From: Candidatus Saccharimonadota bacterium
Lineage (GTDB): Bacteria; Patescibacteriota; Saccharimonadia; CAILAD01; BJGX01
Direction of reading: 5' to 3'
Length of the DNA: 64,000 bases
Assembly (NCBI GenBank): GCA_014191035.1
Contig: BJGX01000002.1
Coordinates: forward strand, 18,813-82,812
Shown here: positions 17,847 through 27,622 of the stretch, one piece after another
Numbering within the stretch: position 1 is the stretch's first letter
How the letters are laid out: every line of letters starts with the position of its first letter
Program-made: the position numbers and the translations under genes
Notes under the pieces: generated by a model
Database searches by the model: none
What the model was told of the DNA's origin: nothing
The model's input: the letters and a program-made list of their open reading frames with translations, nothing else

Positions 17847-19040
17847 ATGAAGATTATACATCCAAACAACGACGATACTGAAAAACACTCAAGCCAGTTG
17901 AATGAGGGCGAAGAGATCTCTTTGGGGTTAGAGCCTAAGCAGGAGCTTAAGCATAGTTCAGTTGAGCATTCTAAACCAGGGGAAGAAAATTATCATAAGA
18001 TTACAAAAATTAATCACAATAGAATTACAGACGAATCAAACATAGCACCTCATGCGCAGGGTGATTTAAGCACCAGAGCTCAACTTGAAACACAAGACAA
18101 CACTACTGAGCATTACGAATTGTCGAATTATCCCAAAATCGACTTGAAGCCAGACGAATCTGAAGATCGTCCAGAAGATTCAAATCAAAAGAAAACTACA
18201 AGGCAAAAATTATCGGAAATAAGAAAACACAAGCATTGGCATAATGCCAAGCTGGTTGTTGGAACAGTTCTGGTGTTTTTGCTGATATTTAATTCTCAGT
18301 GGTTTATATCGCAATTTATGTTCTTGTTTAACAGACCAAAGGCTCAGACAACAACAGAACAAGCCCAAGATAAAAACCAACAGGCTTCTAAAAATACAGA
18401 AGCTGAAGTTGTTGGTCCACAAAATGAAATTATTATTCCTAAGATTGGGGTAACTGCACCTTTAGTTTTTATAAACACAACCAATGAGGCCGATGTGCTC
18501 TTCGCATTAAGAGACGGAATAGTGCACTATTATGGCACAGCACTGCCCGGAGAAGTGGGGAATTCAGTATTTTTTGGGCATTCTAGCAATGATTGGTGGG
18601 AGCCTGGTAACTACAAATTTGTATTTGTTCTGCTAGAAAAGCTAGCAGTTGGTGACACCTATGAAATACACTATAATTCCAGAAAATATGTGTATAAAGT
18701 TTCAGAAACAAAGATAGTAGCACCCAATGATCTAAGTGTGCTTAATCAAACAAGCGAACCTACCTCTACACTCATCACCTGTACGCCTCCAGGCACTAGT
18801 TGGCAAAGGTTTGTAGTTGTAGGAAAGCAAATATCTCCCGTATTCAATACTTCCACTTCTCAGTCAGAGCAAAAGACTGCAAATAATAAAACTTCTACGT
18901 CTTCGACCCTACCTAGTGCTCCTCCAAGTTTGTGGCAACAAATAACAGACTTCTTTTCGGGCCTAACTGGAGGCAGAGACAATAAAGATTCTAGCAACCA
19001 GCAACCTACCGAAGTAAAGCGATTACCTGAAATTAATTAA
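17847..19040 (+). CDS. Sortase (transpeptidase) with N-terminal acidic extension and TM anchor.
   Basis: Catalytic TLITC motif (TSTLITCTPPG), upstream His (FFGHSSNDWW) and conserved Arg downstream. Confidence 0.8.
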   Translation: MKIIHPNNDDTEKHSSQLNEGEEISLGLEPKQELKHSSVEHSKPGEENYHKITKINHNRITDESNIAPHAQGDLSTRAQLETQDNTTEHYELSNYPKIDLKPDESEDRPEDSNQKKTTRQKLSEIRKHKHWHNAKLVVGTVLVFLLIFNSQWFISQFMFLFNRPKAQTTTEQAQDKNQQASKNTEAEVVGPQNEIIIPKIGVTAPLVFINTTNEADVLFALRDGIVHYYGTALPGEVGNSVFFGHSSNDWWEPGNYKFVFVLLEKLAVGDTYEIHYNSRKYVYKVSETKIVAPNDLSVLNQTSEPTSTLITCTPPGTSWQRFVVVGKQISPVFNTSTSQSEQKTANNKTSTSSTLPSAPPSLWQQITDFFSGLTGGRDNKDSSNQQPTEVKRLPEIN

Positions 19041-20423
19041 TCCACGAGGCTGAAGGGTATAGTAGCTCAGACTACCAGAAAGGGAGTAGTAGATAGATTT
19101 ACTATCAATTTGAGTTGTAAAAGTGTAGTTATCGAGTGGGTTTGAGTTTGGCGGAATCTTTGTTAGGTTGTAACCATTAAAGTCAATTATGTATAGTCCA
19201 TCTGCCTTGGAGAGAACTATTTGGTAATTGCTTAGCCACTTCAGAGAGCTAACTGCCGCTAAGCCAGCAGAATATCTGTCTCCAGTTTCAATATCAATAG
19301 TTTTGAGGGTGTCCTTTTGTGTAAAACTTAAGAATCTCCCAGTTGGACTAAAGTTGATATTATTAGTTTCGTTGCCAATATTTGAGGTTAGATTTTTACC
19401 TTCTGCCTGCCTAAAGACTATTAAATCTCCATTTCCAGTGTCTCTAATGGCTAAAATTTTCTGGCCATTATATTCCGTCGCGGTAATGCTTCTGGTTGAA
19501 CTAGCCGGTTGTAATTGGGTAAGAACGTATCTATTATTGCCATTGTAATCATATCGTACTAGGAATTGTCCTTGCTCCAATGGGGATAGATTTTCAAGAG
19601 TATATAGATAATCTTTGTCGATTTGGTAAGAGGCAACTCCGCTAATATTAAGATCTAGAATTTGTTTATTATCAACATTTAGCCTTCGTATTTTGCCACC
19701 TTCAAGGTTATATAACTCTTTAGAGTTTCTTTGATTAAATTTGACATCTGTTGGCTTTTGGCCCAGCGATGGCTCTATATTGAAAAATTGACCATTGTTG
19801 TTATCGACCCAGAAAAACGACGGCTGGCCCTCTGGGTAATTTGCCTTAACAAACAAAGATGAGCCATCACGACTCAACTGACCTTCGGTTAATTTAACTG
19901 GGGCCTGAATGGCAGGATTAACTGGCAACTCAATAATTTTTCTGGGGCTGTTTGATTTATCAAGCTCATAAATTGTGCCGGGGCTGTTCAAGAATCCAAA
20001 AACTTTATTACGCTCTGTGCTTGAAAGTAATGTGTCAAATTTGATTTCTGTAAACTTATCATTTTGCTCAATTGCATTTGGTATTAAAAGGGCGTAGTCG
20101 GCAAAAGTTACCTGGCCAGGCCTTACAGTGTATTTTGAAAGCCAGTTTTTATAGTCATTTCTGGAATATTCAACCGTCAAATCTCCAGTCTTAAAGTTTT
20201 CGAGTCTGTGGGGAGTTTTTTGAGAAATGGTGCGTCCATTAATTTTTATTGTTGCGCCAGATGGGTTTGAGCCAAGCAGCACTAGCCCAGTGGAAAATAT
20301 CTCGCCCCTGAAAACGTCAATATTGTAGCCCGACGAAAAGGCTACTATAAGTATTGTTCCAATCGCAACAAGAATAGTTCCTATGGTTATCTTGAGCGAA
20401 GATCTTGTCTTTTGTGATATCAT
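19023..20423 (-). CDS. Membrane-anchored PEGA-domain / beta-propeller-like protein.
   Basis: N-terminal TM helix. PEGA-like segment (GATIKINGRTISQKTPHRLENFKTGDLTVEYS). Repetitive beta-rich remainder. Confidence 0.55.
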   Translation of the reverse strand: MISQKTRSSLKITIGTILVAIGTILIVAFSSGYNIDVFRGEIFSTGLVLLGSNPSGATIKINGRTISQKTPHRLENFKTGDLTVEYSRNDYKNWLSKYTVRPGQVTFADYALLIPNAIEQNDKFTEIKFDTLLSSTERNKVFGFLNSPGTIYELDKSNSPRKIIELPVNPAIQAPVKLTEGQLSRDGSSLFVKANYPEGQPSFFWVDNNNGQFFNIEPSLGQKPTDVKFNQRNSKELYNLEGGKIRRLNVDNKQILDLNISGVASYQIDKDYLYTLENLSPLEQGQFLVRYDYNGNNRYVLTQLQPASSTRSITATEYNGQKILAIRDTGNGDLIVFRQAEGKNLTSNIGNETNNINFSPTGRFLSFTQKDTLKTIDIETGDRYSAGLAAVSSLKWLSNYQIVLSKADGLYIIDFNGYNLTKIPPNSNPLDNYTFTTQIDSKSIYYSLSGSLSYYTLQPRGLINFR

Positions 20424-20489
20424 ATTTTTATTACTGAGTTGATTATAAACCAGTTTTGAATCTATCTAAATACTAACAAAGGAAAATTC

Positions 20490-21749
20490 TTGCAAAAACT
20501 TATTATCGAAGGGCCATCAAAGCTTGAGGGTTCAATAAAGACTGCTGGCAGTAAAAACCATGTTTTGCCAATGCTGGCGGCCATGCTTTTAACTACCGAA
20601 GACACCGTTTTACATAATGTTCCCGACATTGCTGATGTGGATGTAATGATAGAAATCCTAGAATCTTTTGATGTTAAAGTTGAAAGAACACGGAACAGTG
20701 TGGTTTGTAATGCCAAAAATGCTAACCCCAATTTATTAAAACCTGAGCTAACTCATAAATTAAGAGCATCGCTTCTGGTTCTTGGGCCATCACTGGCCAG
20801 ATTTGGGGAGGTAAAGATGGGCTTTCCGGGGGGTGATTTAATTGGTGCAAGGCCACTGGATTCGCATTTAAATGGTCTTAAGGCAATGGGTGCCAAAGTA
20901 GTTAATAATGATGCAGAAATTGAACTCAAAGGAAGACTTAGTTCAGCAAGAGTATTGTTAGATGAAATAAGCGTCACGGCCACAGAAAATCTTATTTTAG
21001 CTGCGGTAATTACTATGGGAACAACCGAAATAAGAATGGCAGCAACAGAACCTCATATAGTAGCTTTATGTGAATTTCTGAATGATTTAGGGGCTAGAAT
21101 TTCCGGTATAGGCAGTAACGTGTTGACGATAGAGGGGGTAGAAAAATTAAATGCAGGCGAAGGCCGAATCATTCCTGATTATTTGGAATCCGGAACATTT
21201 GCAATTGCTGCCGCTGCTTCCAGGGGAAATTTGATAATCGAGGATTTTGTTATCGACGACCATGATGCATTGTTAAATACTTTTTCAAGAATGGGAGTCA
21301 ATTTTAAAATTTTAGATAAAAATAAACTGCAAATACTGCCAACGAAAAAGCTTAGAGCAACGAGAATTAGAACGGATATATTTCCGGGCTTTAGTAGTGA
21401 TCTTCAGGCTCCAATGGCAGTTTTATGTACTCAGGCCGAGGGCGTTTCAGAGCTTTTCGAGACCATGTATGAAGGACGCTTGCAGTATTTATTTGAACTT
21501 CAAAGAATGGGGGCTCATGTAAATGTCCGTGACAGCCATGTAGGACTTGTAGAGGGGCCAAGTGTTTTGCACGGTACAGACTTAATTTCTTTTGATATCA
21601 GAGCTGGCGCTACAGTTTTGCTGGCTGCAATTATTGCTCACGGAAAAACAACAATAGATAGGATTGAACATATCGATAGAGGGTACGAGCATTTTGACGG
21701 ACGTTTGCGATCTCTAGGCGTTAAGATATCAAGAATCGGCTCAAAGTGA
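20490..21749 (+). CDS. murA: UDP-N-acetylglucosamine 1-carboxyvinyltransferase.
   Basis: TTG start with an AAGGA SD. GSKNHVLPMLAA and the catalytic Cys region (KLRASLLVLGPSLARFGE) are typical of MurA. Confidence 0.9.
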   Translation: MQKLIIEGPSKLEGSIKTAGSKNHVLPMLAAMLLTTEDTVLHNVPDIADVDVMIEILESFDVKVERTRNSVVCNAKNANPNLLKPELTHKLRASLLVLGPSLARFGEVKMGFPGGDLIGARPLDSHLNGLKAMGAKVVNNDAEIELKGRLSSARVLLDEISVTATENLILAAVITMGTTEIRMAATEPHIVALCEFLNDLGARISGIGSNVLTIEGVEKLNAGEGRIIPDYLESGTFAIAAAASRGNLIIEDFVIDDHDALLNTFSRMGVNFKILDKNKLQILPTKKLRATRIRTDIFPGFSSDLQAPMAVLCTQAEGVSELFETMYEGRLQYLFELQRMGAHVNVRDSHVGLVEGPSVLHGTDLISFDIRAGATVLLAAIIAHGKTTIDRIEHIDRGYEHFDGRLRSLGVKISRIGSK

Positions 21750-21762
21750 TAAAATATCTAGT

Positions 21763-22770
21763 ATGTTTAGTAAAAGAATCGCAATTGATTTAGGTACGGC
21801 CAACACCCGAGTATATATTCCCAAAAAGGGGCTAGTTGCTAATGAGCCTTCGGTAGTTGCAATTAGTGTTGAAGACAATAGGATTGTTGCTATTGGCAGT
21901 GACGCCAAAGAAATGCTTGGGCGAACACCAGATATTATTGCCGCTTCTAAGCCGCTAAGAAATGGAGTCATTGCCAATTACAGAATAACTGAGGCTCTAC
22001 TTAAATACTTTCTTAATAAAATTACGGGGCATATAAGACTGATTAGGCCAGAACTCATGATTACTGTACCGACGGGTGTTACCTCGACAGAGAGAAGGGC
22101 AGTAATTGATGCATCAATTGCCGCCGGAGCAAAGAAAGTGTATATAATTCGAGCTCCAATTGCAGCAGCAATAGGTGCTAATGTGCCTATTTCGGCTCCA
22201 GCTGGTAATTTAATCGTTGATATTGGAGAGGGTACAACCGAAGTTGCAATTATTTCCTTGGGTGGTATTGTTGCGCAAAATTCAGTCAGAGTGGGTGGTG
22301 CCAGAATCAGCTCGGCAATTGCCGAACACATACGTAAAAAACACGGCTTAGTCATTGGAACTCAGACTTCTGAAGAAATTAAGAAAAAAATTGGTTCTGC
22401 AACAGCGCTGGATAAACCTAGAAGGATGCAAGTTCGTGGTAGGGACGTTGTTGGGGGCCTCCCAAAAACAATTGAAGTTACAAGCACAGAAGTCACAGCG
22501 GCTATAAAAGATCGTTTAGAAGATATAATAATGGCAGTAAAATCAGTTCTAGAACAGACGCCTCCAGAACTTTCAAGCGATATTATAGACCGAGGAATGA
22601 TCATAACCGGCGGAGGAGCGTTGCTTAAAAATATCGATAAACTCATGACTAAAGTTACTGGGGTGCCAGCCTATATTGCCGAGGACCCCATGCTTTGTGT
22701 TATTAAGGGAGCTGGCACAGCCCTAGAGAACCTCGATGAGTATATAAGAAGTGTTGTGACTAACAAATGA
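21763..22770 (+). CDS. mreB: Rod-shape-determining actin homologue MreB.
   Basis: IAIDLGTANTRVY phosphate-1 motif and DIGEGTTEVAIIS phosphate-2 motif. Confidence 0.9.
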   Translation: MFSKRIAIDLGTANTRVYIPKKGLVANEPSVVAISVEDNRIVAIGSDAKEMLGRTPDIIAASKPLRNGVIANYRITEALLKYFLNKITGHIRLIRPELMITVPTGVTSTERRAVIDASIAAGAKKVYIIRAPIAAAIGANVPISAPAGNLIVDIGEGTTEVAIISLGGIVAQNSVRVGGARISSAIAEHIRKKHGLVIGTQTSEEIKKKIGSATALDKPRRMQVRGRDVVGGLPKTIEVTSTEVTAAIKDRLEDIIMAVKSVLEQTPPELSSDIIDRGMIITGGGALLKNIDKLMTKVTGVPAYIAEDPMLCVIKGAGTALENLDEYIRSVVTNK

Positions 22771-24044
22771 AATCTATAAGCAACATAGCAGAAAAAATTT
22801 CAAAAGAAGTAATCGTTTTTGGGCTTTTGGCGATACTGTTAATAATGCCCTTCCATGCATTAATTAGCACATTTATAGGCTCGTTAGGAATCAATAAGCT
22901 CTTGGTGCAGTCCTGGAAAGAAGTATTAGTGGTTATAATGTCGCTTTGCTGGGTGGTGTATCAACTGACGAAAAAAAGACTGGCAATTAAGGCTGACTCG
23001 GTTAATATTCTGTTCTTATTGATTATTTTTTTAAGCGCTATAGTAACCTTACTTATCAGGCCCAATTCAGAAGCTGTACTTTTTGGTATAAAAACAAATC
23101 TAGTTGCGTTGGCTGTGTTTTTTATTGCTCAAATACCAATTGCATCTAAATCATTTTTAAAAAAGAATCTGCAATGGATAGTAATTTTGCCAGCTATAGC
23201 TGTGTCTATACTTGCAATTTTACAGGCATTTTTGATCCCACCGGAGTTATTAGAAAAAATTGGGTATTCAGTTGAAACAATTAACCCGCGTCAAATTATT
23301 GATGGCTCAATAAATTTTTATAGATCTTTTTCAAGTCTTGGAGGGCCAAACCAGCTAGGTGCTTATCTTCTTATGCCACTAGCTTTTTCTTTAGTTTATG
23401 GAATCAAGCAAAAAAACTGGCTAGCAATCCTGTCTTCGATTCCTATTCTTGCCGGTATAGTACTGAGCTTTTCCAGAAGCGCGTGGATTGGAGCAGTTAT
23501 TACTTTTTTCCTATCAATATTTATTTCAATACCCAAAAAACAAAAAATTTACTTTCTAGTTTCTAGTTTGGCGTTGGGCAGTATAGTTGGCGTATTAGTT
23601 TTGAGTCAAATAGGAACCAATGAGCGGCTTCAAAATGTTTTATTGCACGGCAGGGTTTTTGAAGGCAGAATAGAGGGCTCGGATCAGCAAAGAATAAACT
23701 CTATAGCAAATACGGCCTCCGAAATAGTAGCCAGGCCTTTTGGGCATGGGCTTGGATCAGCTGGACCAGCTAGCTTTAGAGCAGACAAGCCGGTAATTCC
23801 AGAAAATTGGTTTTTACAAATAGCTTATGAAATTGGAATAATAGGTTTACTGCTGTATATTTTTGCCTTTGCCGCACTCTTGGGCGATTTTATTAGAAAT
23901 AGATCAAATCCACTCGCCGCTAGCCTTTTTTCTGCAACTGTAGGAATTTTAGTAATTAATATCTTTCTACAAGCTTGGGCTGATTCAACCTTAGTGCTAT
24001 GCATGTTCGCTCTCTATGGAATATATAAATCAAAAAGTTCATGA
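22767..24044 (+). CDS. O-antigen ligase/polymerase-like polytopic membrane protein (Wzy_C-type).
   Basis: About 10-12 TM helices with a large periplasmic-type loop (SFSRSAWIGAV...). Overlaps mreB by 4 nt. Confidence 0.5.
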   Translation: MKSISNIAEKISKEVIVFGLLAILLIMPFHALISTFIGSLGINKLLVQSWKEVLVVIMSLCWVVYQLTKKRLAIKADSVNILFLLIIFLSAIVTLLIRPNSEAVLFGIKTNLVALAVFFIAQIPIASKSFLKKNLQWIVILPAIAVSILAILQAFLIPPELLEKIGYSVETINPRQIIDGSINFYRSFSSLGGPNQLGAYLLMPLAFSLVYGIKQKNWLAILSSIPILAGIVLSFSRSAWIGAVITFFLSIFISIPKKQKIYFLVSSLALGSIVGVLVLSQIGTNERLQNVLLHGRVFEGRIEGSDQQRINSIANTASEIVARPFGHGLGSAGPASFRADKPVIPENWFLQIAYEIGIIGLLLYIFAFAALLGDFIRNRSNPLAASLFSATVGILVINIFLQAWADSTLVLCMFALYGIYKSKSS

Positions 24045-25138
24045 AAATAGCAATACTACACGACTGGCTTAATCAGAAAGTGGGTGGCGCAGAGAGTGTA
24101 CTCATAAAACTTTCCAATATGTATCCAGATGCAGACATATATACGATTGTTTATAACAAGAAAAAATTTGAAGGTCTTTTAGATGAGAAACGAATTAAGA
24201 CTTCCCATCTCCAGAAAATGCCAAGTTTTATAAAAAGAAGACCCAAGCTCCTGTTACCATTCATAAAAAAAGCAATACAAAAGTGGGATTTAAGTGAATA
24301 TGATTTAGTTATTAGTTCGTCTTCAGCATGGGTCAAGAATGCTAATATTCCAAATTCTGTAAGACACGTATGCTATTGCTATAGCCCTGCAAGGATGCTT
24401 TGGGATAGTTGGCCAAAATATATGTACGATTTAAAGATCGGCTCCATGGGTAGGCTGTATGTTACTAGCTTAGCCTCCAGGCTCAGGCTTTGGGACTATT
24501 ATCAGTCTCAAGATAGCATTGAATTCATAGCGATAAGTGAACATGTAAAAAATAGAATTACAAAGTTTTACCACAAAGATAGCAAAGTTATATATCCACC
24601 AGTCAGTATGCCAACTCATACAGATAATGAAAATCAAAAGAGAGATTATTACTTAATAATATCGGTCTTATCAAAGTATAAAAATATCGAGTTGGCAGTT
24701 AGGGCATTTAAAGACTCAGGCAAAAATTTAATTATTGCTGGTGACGGCCCAGACATTAAAAGACTTAAGAAGATAGCGGAAGGCTTTGAAAATATTATAT
24801 TTCTTGGAAGGGTGGACAATTCTCATAAAGACAAATTACTTAAAGAAGCGAAGGCATTTATATTTTGCAATATCGAAGATTTTGGCATTACCATGGTTGA
24901 ATCAATATCTTTAGGTACAGGAGTTATTGCGCTTCGTGGCGGTGGTGCTCAGGAGATAGTCATAGAAAATAAAACAGGTATATTTTATGACGATGCTAAC
25001 GAAGAGAGCCTAAATCGAGCAATAGTAAAATATGAAAAAAGCATAGATTTCAAATCCGTTAACGGTGAGTATGCCAGAAGCAAATTTAGTGAAGAAAAAT
25101 TTGAAGAGCACTTTAGAGGAGTAATAGATGCAAAATAG
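24041..25138 (+). CDS. Glycosyltransferase, GT-B fold (GT4-like).
   Basis: EX7E-like C-terminal region (FCNIEDFGITMVESISLGTGVIALRGGGAQEIV). Confidence 0.75.
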   Translation: MKIAILHDWLNQKVGGAESVLIKLSNMYPDADIYTIVYNKKKFEGLLDEKRIKTSHLQKMPSFIKRRPKLLLPFIKKAIQKWDLSEYDLVISSSSAWVKNANIPNSVRHVCYCYSPARMLWDSWPKYMYDLKIGSMGRLYVTSLASRLRLWDYYQSQDSIEFIAISEHVKNRITKFYHKDSKVIYPPVSMPTHTDNENQKRDYYLIISVLSKYKNIELAVRAFKDSGKNLIIAGDGPDIKRLKKIAEGFENIIFLGRVDNSHKDKLLKEAKAFIFCNIEDFGITMVESISLGTGVIALRGGGAQEIVIENKTGIFYDDANEESLNRAIVKYEKSIDFKSVNGEYARSKFSEEKFEEHFRGVIDAK

Positions 25139-25952
25139 CTCAATTTATATTTTAGGTGTCAGGATTGATGTTTATAAAATCGAAGAAATAAACAGCCTGA
25201 TAGTTGAATATATAAAAAAAGAAACTAAAAAACCGCTAATAATATTTAAACCTTATGTGGAGTTTTTATCTCTGGCCGGTAAAAACGATGACGTTAAAAA
25301 ACTTCTAAACAGTTCAGATATAAACATAGCTGATTCTTCGGCAATACAGTGGGCTGCTAGCTACCTGTACGGCAAACCAAACATTGGAAGTAATATTATT
25401 TCTACGTATTTCAGTTTGATATTTAGACTACAATCAGAAAAATGGCGCCAACAAATAGTGTCTCAAAGAATGGCGGGTGTGGATCAGACACTTCCTCTAT
25501 TAAGGCTAGCTAGCAAAAATAATCTTAAAATAGGCATATTGGGCGGGCCAAAAGATACCTTAGAAACCCAAAAGGAATTAGAAAAAAGATTTAAAAATAT
25601 TAAAGTCAATATTTGGTCTGGTTTCTATGAAGAAAGTTCCGAATCTGAACTTGTTGATGATATAGCAAGCAAGAATTTAGACGTGTTATTCTGCGCAATG
25701 GGCTTTCCAAAGCAGGAAAAATTTATTGTTAAACATCAAAATAAACTTAACGCAAAGGTGCTAATTGGTGAGGGCGGTAGTTTCGATTACGATCAACTGG
25801 GGGGCAGTATTAAAAGAGCCCCCGCCTGGATGAGAAAGTTGAGCTTAGAATGGTTATGGAGATTAATCATTCAGCCAAAAAGAATTAGGCGGCAGCTAGC
25901 AATTCCTAATTTTATAAAGCAGGTCAGAAAAGAAAAACGTAGCCAAAAATAG
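25128..25952 (+). CDS. WecB/TagA/CpsF-family glycosyltransferase (N-acetylmannosaminyltransferase-like).
   Basis: Family signature region LFCAMGFPKQEKFI...VLIGEGGSFDY...RAPAWMRKLSLEWLWRL. Confidence 0.75.
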   Translation: MQNSSIYILGVRIDVYKIEEINSLIVEYIKKETKKPLIIFKPYVEFLSLAGKNDDVKKLLNSSDINIADSSAIQWAASYLYGKPNIGSNIISTYFSLIFRLQSEKWRQQIVSQRMAGVDQTLPLLRLASKNNLKIGILGGPKDTLETQKELEKRFKNIKVNIWSGFYEESSESELVDDIASKNLDVLFCAMGFPKQEKFIVKHQNKLNAKVLIGEGGSFDYDQLGGSIKRAPAWMRKLSLEWLWRLIIQPKRIRRQLAIPNFIKQVRKEKRSQK

Positions 25953-25997
25953 CTTTACGCTTATGTTGTAATAACTTATAATGGTTATATCTAAAGG

Positions 25998-27266
25998 GTG
26001 AGTATGATAGAACTAAGCAAATGTCCAAATTGTTCAGAAGATGACCGCGTTACAATCGCGGGTAAAGATTTTTGTATGCGCTGTGGGACTCCTACAGAAG
26101 ATAATGCAATGATGGATGTTAATAATTCTCAATCCAACGCTGCAGAGCAAATGCAGACCAACAGCCCCATTAATGCTGCTCAAGAACACACGCCTCAAGC
26201 GGCCGCAGACTCTGTTCAAAAGTTTAATACACAGCCCCCAGTCTCAGACGAATTATCAGCACTTAATTCGGCTGAAATGAAATTCACCCCTCCACCTAGA
26301 ATGTCTAAGCCCGAGATGCAAGAAGCTACTGCTTTAAACCAGACTTCAGTCGACCAGGCACCTGCAGAAGCTATTTCAATTCCAGCAATTATTACAACTC
26401 ACCAGCCACAAGCGCCAGCAGCCCCTAACGAGGTTGTGGCTCCGATACCTGCCTCAAATACCATGCCTGCAGCCGCAGCGATGGGCACCATGTCGCTAGA
26501 TAAAAAAGCGGGCGTGCTTTCAGATGATCAATTTGATCAATTAAAAGCTTCGGTTAATACTGCGGTTGCACAAAACAACCCTAATCCTAATTTAAATGCC
26601 GATATTCTGACTCATCAAGCTCCGGCTGTGAATACTAGCCAAACTGCTGCTCAGCCAAATATTAGCCAACCAGGGCCACAGGATCATCAAAATAAAATTG
26701 CAATGGCTACGGATATTTATTCTGGCCCAGCAGAACAACCTAAATTACAAGAAGAACATAAGTCTAGCCAGCCTAATACAGAAAAGTCTAAAAACAAAGC
26801 CGGAAAAGTAGCCAAGCCAGTAGCCATAGCCGTAAGCATTGCTGCCCTATTCGCCACCGGTGCCTACATATGGAGAATTAACTACCCTAGCTTGGCCTTC
26901 AAAATCGCTAGCGCTAAGGCGGGAATAAGCGCCACTATGCCAGGATACGTTCCGGCTGGGTATAACTTGGGAGGAAGAATACAAACTAATCCGGGTACAG
27001 TAAGCTATAGCCTGCTTGGTGGCTCTAATGATAATCGTATTTCTGTAACTCAAAGTAAGACAGATTGGGACAGCCAAGCATTAGCCGAAAATTATGTTGC
27101 ACCAAAAGCTGAAAATTATTTAGCTCTTCAGGCCCAAGGACTAACGATCTATGTTCTTGGAAAAAATGAAGCCACCTGGGTCAATAAAGGAACCTGGTAT
27201 AAATTAGACAGCAAGGGCCAAGACCTAAACCAAGATCAAATAATTAAAATAGCTACTAGCCTATGA
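25998..27266 (+). CDS. Zinc-ribbon membrane protein (anti-sigma-factor-like architecture).
   Basis: N-terminal CPNC...CMRC zinc ribbon. Long P/Q/A-rich linker. Single TM helix (VAIAVSIAALFATGAYIW). C-terminal extracytoplasmic beta-rich domain. Confidence 0.5.
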   Translation: MSMIELSKCPNCSEDDRVTIAGKDFCMRCGTPTEDNAMMDVNNSQSNAAEQMQTNSPINAAQEHTPQAAADSVQKFNTQPPVSDELSALNSAEMKFTPPPRMSKPEMQEATALNQTSVDQAPAEAISIPAIITTHQPQAPAAPNEVVAPIPASNTMPAAAAMGTMSLDKKAGVLSDDQFDQLKASVNTAVAQNNPNPNLNADILTHQAPAVNTSQTAAQPNISQPGPQDHQNKIAMATDIYSGPAEQPKLQEEHKSSQPNTEKSKNKAGKVAKPVAIAVSIAALFATGAYIWRINYPSLAFKIASAKAGISATMPGYVPAGYNLGGRIQTNPGTVSYSLLGGSNDNRISVTQSKTDWDSQALAENYVAPKAENYLALQAQGLTIYVLGKNEATWVNKGTWYKLDSKGQDLNQDQIIKIATSL

Positions 27267-27604
27267 ACGATAGAGCCTGGGAAGAATTGGTTGATCTTAT
27301 AGACGACCAATATACTATTGATAATTCCAACCGCAAAGAAGAGGCACTTGAAGACAATAACAAACTCAAACAAATTATAGAGTCAATTGAGTTTGAAAAA
27401 GATAATATAAAGTACAAAATTGATAGAGTTACCGGCCCAAGAATAATAGATAAAAAGACATTCTACTCTGGCCACGGCTCAGCCAATCGAATGCAGTATG
27501 TTTATGACCCCGAAGAAACTAGCTCCAAGGTCGTTTTTTATAAACAGCTTGCAGACGGCAACTTCAATGAGATATCACCAGAAGACCTGATGACAAGCTC
27601 TTAA
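27263..27604 (+). CDS. Hypothetical protein, overlapping the upstream gene by 4 nt.
   Basis: ORF only. Confidence 0.35.
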   Translation: MNDRAWEELVDLIDDQYTIDNSNRKEEALEDNNKLKQIIESIEFEKDNIKYKIDRVTGPRIIDKKTFYSGHGSANRMQYVYDPEETSSKVVFYKQLADGNFNEISPEDLMTSS

Positions 27605-27622
27605 TCTGATATAATTATCAGT

